DNA of 64,000 nt from an uncultured Gammaproteobacteria bacterium (GTDB lineage Bacteria > Patescibacteriota > Patescibacteriia > Patescibacteriales > UBA12465), in contig CAZTUJ010000001.1 of NCBI GenBank assembly GCA_964616855.1, positions 320,301 through 384,300 of the forward strand, written 5' to 3'. Below are positions 46,348 to 54,800 of this stretch, one piece after another. A program made the position numbers and the translations under genes. Under the pieces are notes generated by a model. The model saw only the letters and a program-made list of their open reading frames with translations, had not been told where the DNA came from and ran no database searches. Within the stretch, counting starts at the first letter, position 1. Each line of letters starts with the position of its first letter.

Positions 46348-47115
46348 ATGTCCGATAGTAATTTTTTCAAAATTGAAAGTGGGACTAAAGCCAAGGCCGT
46401 CGTGTTAATTGTCGGCATGGTCTTGCTCGCTACGGTTGTGAGTTTTGCTATTCTACGCGATCGTATTACTAATACCCAATATCGCCAAGTGACTGTTACC
46501 GGCCAGGGTCGCGTTGCCTATCAACCGGATTTAGCGGTCATTAATTTAGGGGTGCAGATTGATAAGGCGGCTAAGGCAGAAGAGGCTTTAAATCAGCTCA
46601 ATGCTCGGGTTAATAAGATTATGGCGGCGGTAATTGCTGAAGGCGTCTTAGCTGAAGATATTAGCACCCAAAATTATAATCTCTACGCTCAGTATGATTA
46701 CAAAGATAATATCTCGGTAGTGTCCGGCTATAATGCTAATCAGCAGCTGTCTATTAAGGTCAAAGAATATGATAGTAATCCAGAGAGATTGAATAAGGTG
46801 ATTGCCGCTGCCTCTAAAGCTGGCGCCAATCAGATTAACAGTCTTTCTTTTGATGCTTCTAATATCAATGACTTAAAACAGCAAGCCCGGATTTTAGCTT
46901 TGCAGGATGCTAAAGACAAGAGTGCTTCTTTAGCTTCGGCCGCGGGCGTGAAGATTAAGAATATTGCCGGCTGGTGGGAGAACGTCGTCCAGTCGCCCTA
47001 CGTTGGTGGCTACGGCGGCGCCGAAAAGGGAATGGTGGCTGATTATTCGGCCCAGACTCCGAGCGGTAGCCGGGAAGTAGTGATTGAAGTCGGGGTAAAT
47101 TATAATATTAAGTAA
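46348..47115 (+). CDS. SIMPL (DUF541) domain protein, copy 2
   Basis: TM anchor plus GYNANQQLSIKVKEYD...GANQINSLSFDASN...QARILALQDAKDKS. Paralog of 24345..25082. Confidence 0.8.
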   Translation: MSDSNFFKIESGTKAKAVVLIVGMVLLATVVSFAILRDRITNTQYRQVTVTGQGRVAYQPDLAVINLGVQIDKAAKAEEALNQLNARVNKIMAAVIAEGVLAEDISTQNYNLYAQYDYKDNISVVSGYNANQQLSIKVKEYDSNPERLNKVIAAASKAGANQINSLSFDASNINDLKQQARILALQDAKDKSASLASAAGVKIKNIAGWWENVVQSPYVGGYGGAEKGMVADYSAQTPSGSREVVIEVGVNYNIK

Positions 47116-47289
47116 AAGTTTGAGAGATCAAAGAAAAAGAAGCCGCTATAACAGCGGCTTCTTTTGTAATTACCCCTCTGAGTTACTATTGACTAAATAT
47201 CAATTTTATTTTATGATTATTAGTTCGTCATAAATCGTAAATTACAATTTAAATTAAAAACAATCCTAACCTTCAAACACATCTTTATC

Positions 47290-48165
47290 ATGAAAAATCA
47301 CCGTTTAATTGTTGTTATTATCGCTTTAGTACCCGTCCTGCTATTTGGTCAGGAAAAAAAGAGTTCCTGGGAGCCATCCGTATATTCGGGTAGCGGATAT
47401 ATGTCTGATAATTCCGGTGACGGAATTTACACCTACGCTCAATTGGGAGCGATGAACAAGGTAAATAATCACCGCGCCGGCGCTTTTGCCAGCTTTGTCT
47501 GGGTAGATGTTAATTTCAACAACTACACCTATCAGGCTAAAGAATGGGCGGCTGGTTTTTCCTACGATACCTGGGGTAAGGTTAGTGACACCCGGAGTGC
47601 TAGTTTCTGGATTAGTCCCAGCCTTAAAATCTTCAATGATTATGGCTTAGACCACGCCAGCGGTACGGAAGCCTGGCAAAATGACTATGGTTGCCATATC
47701 AGCACGGGCGCTAATCTTAATGATAAGCGCAATCGTTGGTTTGGCAGTTATAAGTTGGCCGCTCAATTCCAAACTCCGTTTTGGTCAAAACGTACCGGCA
47801 CCTGGATTGATGATGGCGGTTATTTATCCGATCGGGTAAATTTTAAAGCGGTTAATAAAACCTACTTTAAAACCCAGTTCGAATCAACTGTTAAAAAAAT
47901 TGTCTTGCCCAAGCTACAACTGGAGCCAAAGTTGGTAGTTGCCTATCTTTATGATGGTGGCAGCCAAAACAGCATGTATGAGGGCGGCACCGGGGTAGCT
48001 ATTTCCTTTGTTAAAGGTGACCGCTATTTTGAAGTCGGTAGCATTCAGTATCGTGCCCGTTTCGGCGTTGAGATGAAAAATCGCTTTGATTTAATTGAGC
48101 TTAATTTAGATTTTATCAATTTAGGTCGCTTGATTTTTCCCGATAAAAAAAGCGCAAATAAATAG
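47290..48165 (+). CDS. Secreted protein with a beta-barrel-like alternating-strand pattern
   Basis: Signal peptide (LIVVIIALVPVLLFGQ), then about 12 short amphipathic aromatic-rich segments (AFASFVWVDVNF, WAAGFSYDTWG, YKLAAQFQTPF, KLVVAYLYDG, GVAISFVKG, VGSIQYRARFG). Confidence 0.55.
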   Translation: MKNHRLIVVIIALVPVLLFGQEKKSSWEPSVYSGSGYMSDNSGDGIYTYAQLGAMNKVNNHRAGAFASFVWVDVNFNNYTYQAKEWAAGFSYDTWGKVSDTRSASFWISPSLKIFNDYGLDHASGTEAWQNDYGCHISTGANLNDKRNRWFGSYKLAAQFQTPFWSKRTGTWIDDGGYLSDRVNFKAVNKTYFKTQFESTVKKIVLPKLQLEPKLVVAYLYDGGSQNSMYEGGTGVAISFVKGDRYFEVGSIQYRARFGVEMKNRFDLIELNLDFINLGRLIFPDKKSANK

Positions 48166-48468
48166 CGCTCAACTCGTTCTTTAAAAAGTCTGCTTTTTCT
48201 AAAAGCAGACTTTTTAATTTGTCAACTGTTTTCTGATGCGGAAGAGCTTGTGTTTATTGGCATTGTTTTTATTATGTGCTATAATATCCTTATAAACAGG
48301 GAACAATAATTTTAGGCTTAAATTTTACCTAGTAAATACAGGCTTGAAATCAATTTATCTTCTTGTTTATAAGTATTTATTTTTTTTAAATATTTTTAAT
48401 CGGCTCACTTGTTACGCCGACAGGCCTCTGCGCTTGTTGCTTCGTAATAAAGGCCCCATGCAAAGCGT

Positions 48469-48750
48469 ATGTCAAAAATGACTAAGGCGCAGTTTGTCGC
48501 CACCATGTCTGAAACGACCGGCTTAAGCAAGAAGGATGTTAACGCTTTCTTCGAAGCTATGACCGCCCTTGTTTACAAGGAAGTTAAAAAGAGCGGCGAA
48601 TGCTTAGTTCCCGGTTTTGGTAAATTGGTGAAAGCCAAGAGAAAAGCTCGTGAAGGCCGCAACCCTGCGACTGGCGAAACCATCAAGATCCCGGCTAAGA
48701 CCGTGGTTAAGTTCCGCTTAGCCAAGGCTGTGAAGGACGCCGTGTTATAA
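48469..48750 (+). CDS. hup: HU-family nucleoid-associated DNA-binding protein
   Basis: LSKKDVNAFFEAMTALV..., GFGKLVKAKRKAREGRNPATGETIKIPAKTVVKFRLAKAVKD. Confidence 0.9.
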   Translation: MSKMTKAQFVATMSETTGLSKKDVNAFFEAMTALVYKEVKKSGECLVPGFGKLVKAKRKAREGRNPATGETIKIPAKTVVKFRLAKAVKDAVL

Positions 48751-48910
48751 TCGGTAAATTGTTTCTCTCTCTATAGTGAAAAAGCACCTACGGAATCAGG
48801 TGCTTTTTCTATATCAGTAATGGGTACGGTTTAAGTATCATTATATTTATAAAACAAAGGACCACCATCAAGGTGGTCATTTGTTTGCTTGTCTGTCCTT
48901 AGCGGAGGCC

Positions 48911-49192
48911 TTAGGCTTCCGTTTGAGGCTTTATAGTCGTCGGTCGAGGCCAGTATTGGCCGAGTCCGAAGTCCATGAGTTTGTTTTTCAGCTTGGTGTT
49001 GCGCTGGAGATAGGCAATGAGAGAGGCTAGATCAATTTGATAGCGGTTGTTGATGACCTTGAATTTAAGGCCGCTGTCTGCCTTCAGGGCTCGGCGAATG
49101 GTTTTGTCTTTGACACCACCAAGCTTGGCGGCCTCAGAAACTGAGAGCCAAATCGGGTTTTTAATATTTAATATTTTGGGGCTACTAAACAT
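48911..49192 (-). CDS. Small helix-turn-helix DNA-binding protein (excisionase/MerR-type HTH)
   Basis: WLSVSEAAKLGGVKDKTIRRALKA is an HTH_17-like motif. Two palindromic operators lie in its leader. Confidence 0.65.
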   Translation of the reverse strand: MFSSPKILNIKNPIWLSVSEAAKLGGVKDKTIRRALKADSGLKFKVINNRYQIDLASLIAYLQRNTKLKNKLMDFGLGQYWPRPTTIKPQTEA

Positions 49193-49202
49193 TTATTTGC
49201 TA

Positions 49203-49230
49203 TTTAAGTCTAGAAAAATATAGACTTAAA
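49203..49230. promoter_or_regulatory. Palindromic operator copy 1 (TAAGTCTA-N8-TAGACTTA core)
   Basis: TTTAAGTCTA-GAAAAATA-TAGACTTAAA with perfect 10-bp arms, 11 nt upstream of the HTH gene start. Confidence 0.6.
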
Positions 49231-49263
49231 TAATAAATTATTTTAATAAAAGCTTCTTTTAAA

Positions 49264-49293
49264 TTTTAAGTCTATTACATAATAGACTTAAAA
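49264..49293. promoter_or_regulatory. Palindromic operator copy 2
   Basis: TTTTAAGTCTATT-ACAT-AATAGACTTAAAA with perfect 13-bp arms and the same core and core spacing as copy 1. Confidence 0.6.
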
Positions 49294-49309
49294 TGAGATT
49301 ATCAGCTTG

Positions 49310-49338
49310 ATAGTAGCAATAAAAAATAAAATCGTCAA
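49310..49338 (-). promoter_or_regulatory. Sigma70-type promoter of the HTH gene
   Basis: Minus strand TTGACG (49338-49333)-N17-TACTAT (49315-49310). Both operators lie downstream of it. Confidence 0.45.
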
Positions 49339-49572
49339 GAGCCAGGCTTAGACGAGATGAAGAAGAGAAGTGACGATTAGGCTTGAAAGCCGTCTATTAA
49401 TTAGCCGCTATAAATAGTGCCACAAGAAGATAAAGGGGACCTCTAGCGTATTAAAAAAAGGGGATAAATTATAAATCTTCTAATTTGCTTTTTTAAGCCT
49501 TTATGCTAGAATAAGAAGGTAAAATTTTGCTTTTAATAGAGAGGGCTTTGTCCCTTATTTTTGATTATTATC

Positions 49573-50160
49573 ATGACCGCTAATCTGGTTAAAAAATTCA
49601 AAGAGAAGCAATTACTGCAACAGCTCAAGAGTCACGACAAAGAAGCTTTTATCAAGGTCTACGATGAGTATGTCCAAGATATCTACCGCTTCGTGTATTT
49701 TAAGGTAGGTAAAGAAGAGGAATCGCAAGACCTTACTTCCATGATTTTTCTCAAGGCTTGGAACTATATCCAGGCCAACTCTTTAAGCGACAGTAAAACT
49801 CTGCGGGCTTTAGTCTATAAGATTGCCCGGACTTCCATTATTGATCACTATCGCGAAAGCAGTAGTAAGCTGGAAATTTCTTTAGATGATGAAAATCATC
49901 CGGTGGAAATAATCGATGACAAGCAAGACTTGGCTAAGGACTTAGACCAAGCGGCTGATCTGGCTTTAATTCGCAAGCAATTACCTTTATTAAAAGAAGA
50001 GTATCGTGAAGTCATTGTTTTGCGTTTTGTTAATGATTTGAGTCTGGAAGAAATTGCGGCGGTAACCGGTAAGAGCCGAGGTAATATCCGCGTCATCTTA
50101 CACCGGGCCTTAGCGGCCTTAAAAGAGATGGTAGAAGAAGAGGCGAAAGGGAAGAAGTAA
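49573..50160 (+). CDS. RNA polymerase sigma factor, ECF/sigma-70 group 4 family
   Basis: ATG at 49573. Region 2 (EAFIKVYDEYVQDIYRFVYFKV) and region 4 (REVIVLRFVNDLSLEEIAAVTGKSRGNIRVILHRAL). Confidence 0.85.
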   Translation: MTANLVKKFKEKQLLQQLKSHDKEAFIKVYDEYVQDIYRFVYFKVGKEEESQDLTSMIFLKAWNYIQANSLSDSKTLRALVYKIARTSIIDHYRESSSKLEISLDDENHPVEIIDDKQDLAKDLDQAADLALIRKQLPLLKEEYREVIVLRFVNDLSLEEIAAVTGKSRGNIRVILHRALAALKEMVEEEAKGKK

Positions 50161-50183
50161 ATATTAATAATATTTTAGATATA

Positions 50184-50214
50184 AAATAAGCACCCCTAGG
50201 GGTGCTTATTTGTT
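50184..50214 (+). terminator. Intrinsic terminator after the sigma gene
   Basis: AATAAGCACCCC-TA-GGGGTGCTTATT palindromic hairpin followed by TTG/T-rich sequence. Confidence 0.7.
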
Positions 50215-50338
50215 GATAATCATTTCGGGATTAGACAGCCTTGACTATTATATTTTGGCATTTATTTTTTAGCCGTCAAATTGAAAAAGGTATAAATTAA
50301 TCAGTAATTATTATTGTATAAATAAGCTAAAATTCAAT

Positions 50339-50364
50339 ATAAGTCTAGATATACCTAGACTTAT
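50339..50364. promoter_or_regulatory. Palindromic operator copy 3
   Basis: ATAAGTCTAG-ATATAC-CTAGACTTAT with the same TAAGTCTA-N8-TAGACTTA core. Its centre is about 70 nt upstream of the ECF-type -35 element at 50419. Confidence 0.55.
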
Positions 50365-50418
50365 CTCTAAAAAATTAAATAAAGTGTAATAAAGACGGGC
50401 TATTTATGGCTTAAGTAC

Positions 50419-50448
50419 TGTAACAATTCGGACCTTTCTCCGTATATT
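50419..50448 (+). promoter_or_regulatory. ECF-type promoter TGTAAC-N16-CGTATATT
   Basis: TGTAAC at 50419-50424, a 16-nt spacer, CGTATATT at 50441-50448. The ORF's ATG is at 50456. Confidence 0.55.
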
Positions 50449-50455
50449 ATGGCGT

Positions 50456-51247
50456 ATGACTGACCACAACTTTATCAAACAATTAAAAGGACTGAAAACA
50501 ATGAACCCGGAAGCTGCTTGGTTAAAGAGCAACCGGGAGATTTTGTTATCCCAAATCGCCAACTCTGGCGCTAAGGAATTGTCTAACTGGCGGCGCTTAG
50601 TTATTGACTTGCGCAGCTTTACTCAGACTCTTTCCCAGCCCGCCTTGGCCTTAGGTTCACTCCTTCTGCTTTTCATTGGCGCTAGCGTCTTCGGACACTT
50701 AGCCTTTAACCGAACCAAGCCGAATGAATCCTTATATATCGCTCGTATCATTTCCGAGAAGGCTAAATTGAATACTATCTTTGATTCTCAAGAAAGAGAA
50801 AAGTTGGAAGCGCAGTTTGCTGCTAATCACGCTGAAGCTATCACCGAAATTTTAGCTGAGACCGTTATCGACGAATCCAATCAAGATCAGGTAGCGATGT
50901 TGAATGAAAAGTTTAACCATGAAGTTGATACCATGCGTGCTAAGATTGCCGCTACGAAACCGGCCCCTACTCCAGCTGAAACCGTTGCCACTCCGACCCC
51001 TAGCTCTGAAGAAGATTTAGTGGTTGCCGGCAATGGTAAGGAAGAAGATGGTTTGCAGTTAGAAATTAAAGATGATGGCAATGACGCTGTCGTTACCGCT
51101 ACTAATACCACGGAAGTTAAGCTTGAAGTCAGCCCCGTGAGCAAGGCTCCGGAAGAAATTTTAGAAGAAGCGAAAACTTTGTTTGATAATAAAGAGTACG
51201 ATAGCGCTTTGGATAAGCTTAAAGAAGTGAAGGAGCTGATTAAATAA
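50456..51247 (+). CDS. Single-pass membrane protein next to the ECF sigma (DUF5667-like / possible anti-sigma partner)
   Basis: 263-aa ORF with one TM segment (ALALGSLLLLFIGASVFGHLAF), a helical extracytoplasmic part and a T/P/E-rich tail. No HxxxCxxC zinc anti-sigma motif. The family call is from memory only. Confidence 0.6.
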   Translation: MTDHNFIKQLKGLKTMNPEAAWLKSNREILLSQIANSGAKELSNWRRLVIDLRSFTQTLSQPALALGSLLLLFIGASVFGHLAFNRTKPNESLYIARIISEKAKLNTIFDSQEREKLEAQFAANHAEAITEILAETVIDESNQDQVAMLNEKFNHEVDTMRAKIAATKPAPTPAETVATPTPSSEEDLVVAGNGKEEDGLQLEIKDDGNDAVVTATNTTEVKLEVSPVSKAPEEILEEAKTLFDNKEYDSALDKLKEVKELIK

Positions 51248-51886
51248 TCAGCCCTTTGGTCCGGTCGCCCGTATTTATTAGTTTGTCTCTGCAGTCGATG
51301 CCTTTTTAGAAGATCAGATTCCTGCATTCTTCCGATCTGGATTGTACTCGGAGATAAATTAATAAATCCCGGCGAACTCCGACGGCCGTGGATTTATCTA
51401 CAACCGCCGGAATAGCCCGGATAGCGGACCTAGTCAAGGTCGAATCCCATTAAGGGGAGGGTTACGCTCATTATAAATTAGAATGTTCTCCGGATAGATT
51501 TCCTTTGTTTCTGTACTGAAGGTGCTTCCAAGTTTTTTCTTGGGAGGGGCTAAGTCTGCAGGCGGACGAAAGGGAAAGTTCCCGTAGATTGATTAAGCTT
51601 TTCTCCAGCCTCGGCTAACACGCTTTGCCGGCTGGCAGTTCTTAATCGTTTTGTCAGTCCTTAAAAAGCTTGCTTCAACCGATGTGTTGGTGGAGCGGGA
51701 TTCCGATCAATCTATAAAATACTTTCCTCTTAAGTCTGAAAGCGGCGGTGCTCTCCTCAAATTAAAACCGAGCGGCACCCGTAAGAGCAGGACAGAAGAA
51801 TCCACTTGGAGAACTGAACCTCATCATTTATCAACTTGTTCTCACTACTATTGTGCGGACAGCTGTGAATGATTTAATTATTACTT
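51248..51886 (+). ncRNA. Candidate large structured RNA or long 5' UTR of the S-layer-like gene (unclassified)
   Basis: About 640 nt with no credible ORF in any frame, yet 42-57% G+C per 60-nt line (hand count). Multiple local helices, for example AGATAAAT/ATTTATCT, CCAGCC/GGCTGG, CTTCCAAG/CTTGGGAG. Confidence 0.35.
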
Positions 51887-54800
51887 ATGAAAAAATTACG
51901 CAAATTCTTAACCGTCAGCGTAATGGTATTATCTATCATCGCCATGAGCGGCTTGACTGTGAACACAGCCAGCGCTGCTGCCCAGGCCGGTGATTTGATT
52001 AAGATGGATGGCTTGTCCTCTGTCTACTACCTTGGCAATGATGGTAAGAGATATGTTTTCCCGAGCGAATCCGTGTACTTCTCTTGGTATCAGGATTTCA
52101 GCAGCGTGGTAACCATCCCCGCTTCTGAATTGCAGTCCTATCCTTTAGGCTCCAATGTGACCATGAGACCGGGCACCAAGCTCGTGAAGATTACTACTGA
52201 TCCTTCCGTTTACGCTGTTACTCCTAATGGCGTTTTACGCAAGATCGCTAGCGAATCCGATGCAATCACCCTCTATGGCACCAATTGGGCTAAGATGGTT
52301 GTTGACGTCGCTGACGCTTTCTTCACCAACTACACTGTTGGCACTCCTTTAACTTCTGGCACTTACCCTGCTGGTACTTTGTTAAAGAATGCTAACAATG
52401 CTAGCGTTTACTACTTTGACGGCACCAACTATCGCATGATTGCGAGCGAAGCTGCTTTCAATGCCAATCGTTTCTCCTTCAGCAACGTGATCACCACCGG
52501 CATGACTTTGTCTGCTTCTGGTAACAGCGTTACTGCTAAAGAAGATATTTCCAGCCCGACTGGTGGCGTTGGTACTGTAATCACTGGCTCCGGTTTAACC
52601 GTAGCTTTGTCTGCGGCTACCCCGGCTTCCATGAACATCCCGACCGGCTCCCCGGCTAACTTCTTTGCTTTTAATTTAACCGCTGCCAATGATGGCGCTG
52701 TTAACGTTTCTAGCTTGAAGTTAACTGCTTATGAATTGGGTACTGCTGCTAACATTGATGACGTTACCATTTTTGATAACGGCGTTAAGGTTGGTACCTC
52801 TAAGAATATCAATTCTGACAAGGAAGCAGTTTTTGCTTTTGCTAACCCGATTTATGTAGCTGCTGGTACCACCAAGACTTTAACCGTCAAGGCTACCACT
52901 GCCGCTGCTGGTGACTATGCTTTAGGTATTGCCAAGGCTGCTGATATCACTGCCACCGCTGCTACCGTTTCCGGTTCATTCCCGGTTCGCGGTAATAAGA
53001 TGTCTGCTGTTGTCTCTAGCAATGTTGGTACTTTAGCAATGAGCTCTGTTGATACTACTGATTCCACCGTTGATTTCGGTGAGGATGACGTGTTATTAGC
53101 TAGCTTCAATTTAACTGCTAACAATGAAGATGCCTTAGTTACCTCCATGAAGTTCAAGAATGGCAGCACCAATGTTGACGGTATCATCTCCAATTTGAAG
53201 ATGTTAATCGACGGCACTGAAGTTGCTTCTGGTACTTATGCTGATAGCTATGCTACTTTCTCTTTGAATAACTTCAAGGTAGAAAAGGGTGATTCTGTTA
53301 CCGTGGAAGTCCGCGGCGACATGGGCACCACCAATGTCGGCGACAAGGTGACCCTTTACTTAAAGGATCGTGCTGATATCGCTGCCATCGGTGCAACTTA
53401 TGGCTATGATTTACAGTTAGATACTACCAGCTTCCAGAGACTCGACACCGTTACCGAAGGTATGACTTTGACTTTAGCTGCTAGCGACTTCACCCTCGAT
53501 GCTGATAAGGCTGCTACTCCGGCTAAGGATATCAAGGCTGGCGACAATGACGTTGTCTTAGCTACCATCAAGATGAAATCCAATGGCGAAAATGCCACTT
53601 TGGAAGAAATCACTGGTGCTGGCAACTTCACCATCGTTGGTACTGCTTTATTAGTTGACGAAGTGAAGAATGTCCGCATGATTGATGTCACTTCTGGCGC
53701 TACTTATGATTTAGATGCTACTTTCAGCACTGATCATTATGAATTGACTTTGTCTGATGAAATCTCCTTCACTAAGGGTGTGACCAAGACTTTCGTAGTT
53801 AAAGCTGACATCGACGATCTCGCCGATGCTAACGATACCTTGAAAGTTCACTTAGAAGCCGACGGCATGAAAGTGACCGGCGATGTTTCTAACTCTTCTA
53901 TCACTGATATTACCCCGAGCCAAATCGATGGTTCTATCATGACCGTGAAGGATGCTTCTTTATCTTGGAACGTCACCAACTTAACCGCTAAGACTGTGGT
54001 TACTGGTGCTTCTAACATTGAAGTTTATCAGGCTAAATTGAAGGCGGGTGCGGCTGATGGCGTGAAACTTAACTCTTTGAAGTTAAGCACCACTGCTAAC
54101 AACGCTACCAATTTCACCGACAACAACATCACCAAGCTTGACCTTTATATTAATGGTCAGTTAGTGAAGTCTGTTTCCAATAACATTGTTGAAGCTGTTA
54201 ACGGAGTTTCTGTTGGTACTATTACCTTCAATTCTTTATCCAGCAACACCATCAATGCTAACCAGGAAGTTGACTTAGTAGTGAAAGCTACTTTCTCTTC
54301 CAGCTTCTCCGGTGCTAATACCTTTGCTTTACAGGTCGCTCAGGAAGCCGATATCAATGCGAAATCTGTGACCGGTAACAAGGTTGTTGACATCACTGGT
54401 GGTATCACTGGTGGTGCTCGCACCATCACCTTGGCTACTATGGGTACTTTGAAGGTTGAATTATTAACCTCCGATACCAATGCTAGCCAGGATCAGTACG
54501 TTTTGGCCGGTGCTACTTCTGCTTCCAAATATTTGGGCGAATTGAAGTTCACCACCGCCAATGAGCCGGTTAAGGTCAAGACTTTGACTTTGACTTCTCT
54601 TGCCAACGACACCAGCTCTGACATTAAAGAAGTTAGATTGGTGAAGGCTGACGGCACTGTTGTTGCTTCTAAGACTGTTGAAGCTGACGGCGATGTAGTA
54701 TTTGACACCTTCGATGTTACTTTCGATGCTGACAAATCTACCTCTCTCTTCATTTCTACCTTAGCTAGAGGTATTAATGTTGACGGCGATGCCACTGCTA

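Noticed and set aside
48449-48472. 7-codon uORF (ATGCAAAGCGTATGTCAAAAATGA) overlapping the HU start codon, and a CGTATG resembling an ECF -10 element.
   Set aside because: The hexamer 16-17 nt upstream is GTAATA/CGTAAT rather than TGTAAC, and the CGTATG contains the HU ATG itself. The uORF has no RBS. The evidence is insufficient.
49203-50364. The repeated palindromes as a CRISPR-like array or MITE.
   Set aside because: There are only three copies, at irregular spacing (62 nt and 1.1 kb), each in a promoter or leader context. No cas or transposase genes are present. An operator interpretation fits better.
51438-51456. T-loop-like GGTCGAATCCC.
   Set aside because: The flanking bases cannot form a T-stem and no cloverleaf can be drawn.
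51686-51712. tRNA/tmRNA-like 3' end on the minus strand (GATCGGAATCCCGCTCCACCA).
   Set aside because: I found no complementary acceptor 5' strand (GGAGCGG) upstream on that strand, no proper T-stem and no tag-peptide frame. I judge it a coincidence.
51651-51872. 73-aa plus-strand ORF in the S-layer upstream region.
   Set aside because: It has a TTG start, no RBS and a composition that is not protein-like. It sits inside the GC-rich non-coding segment.
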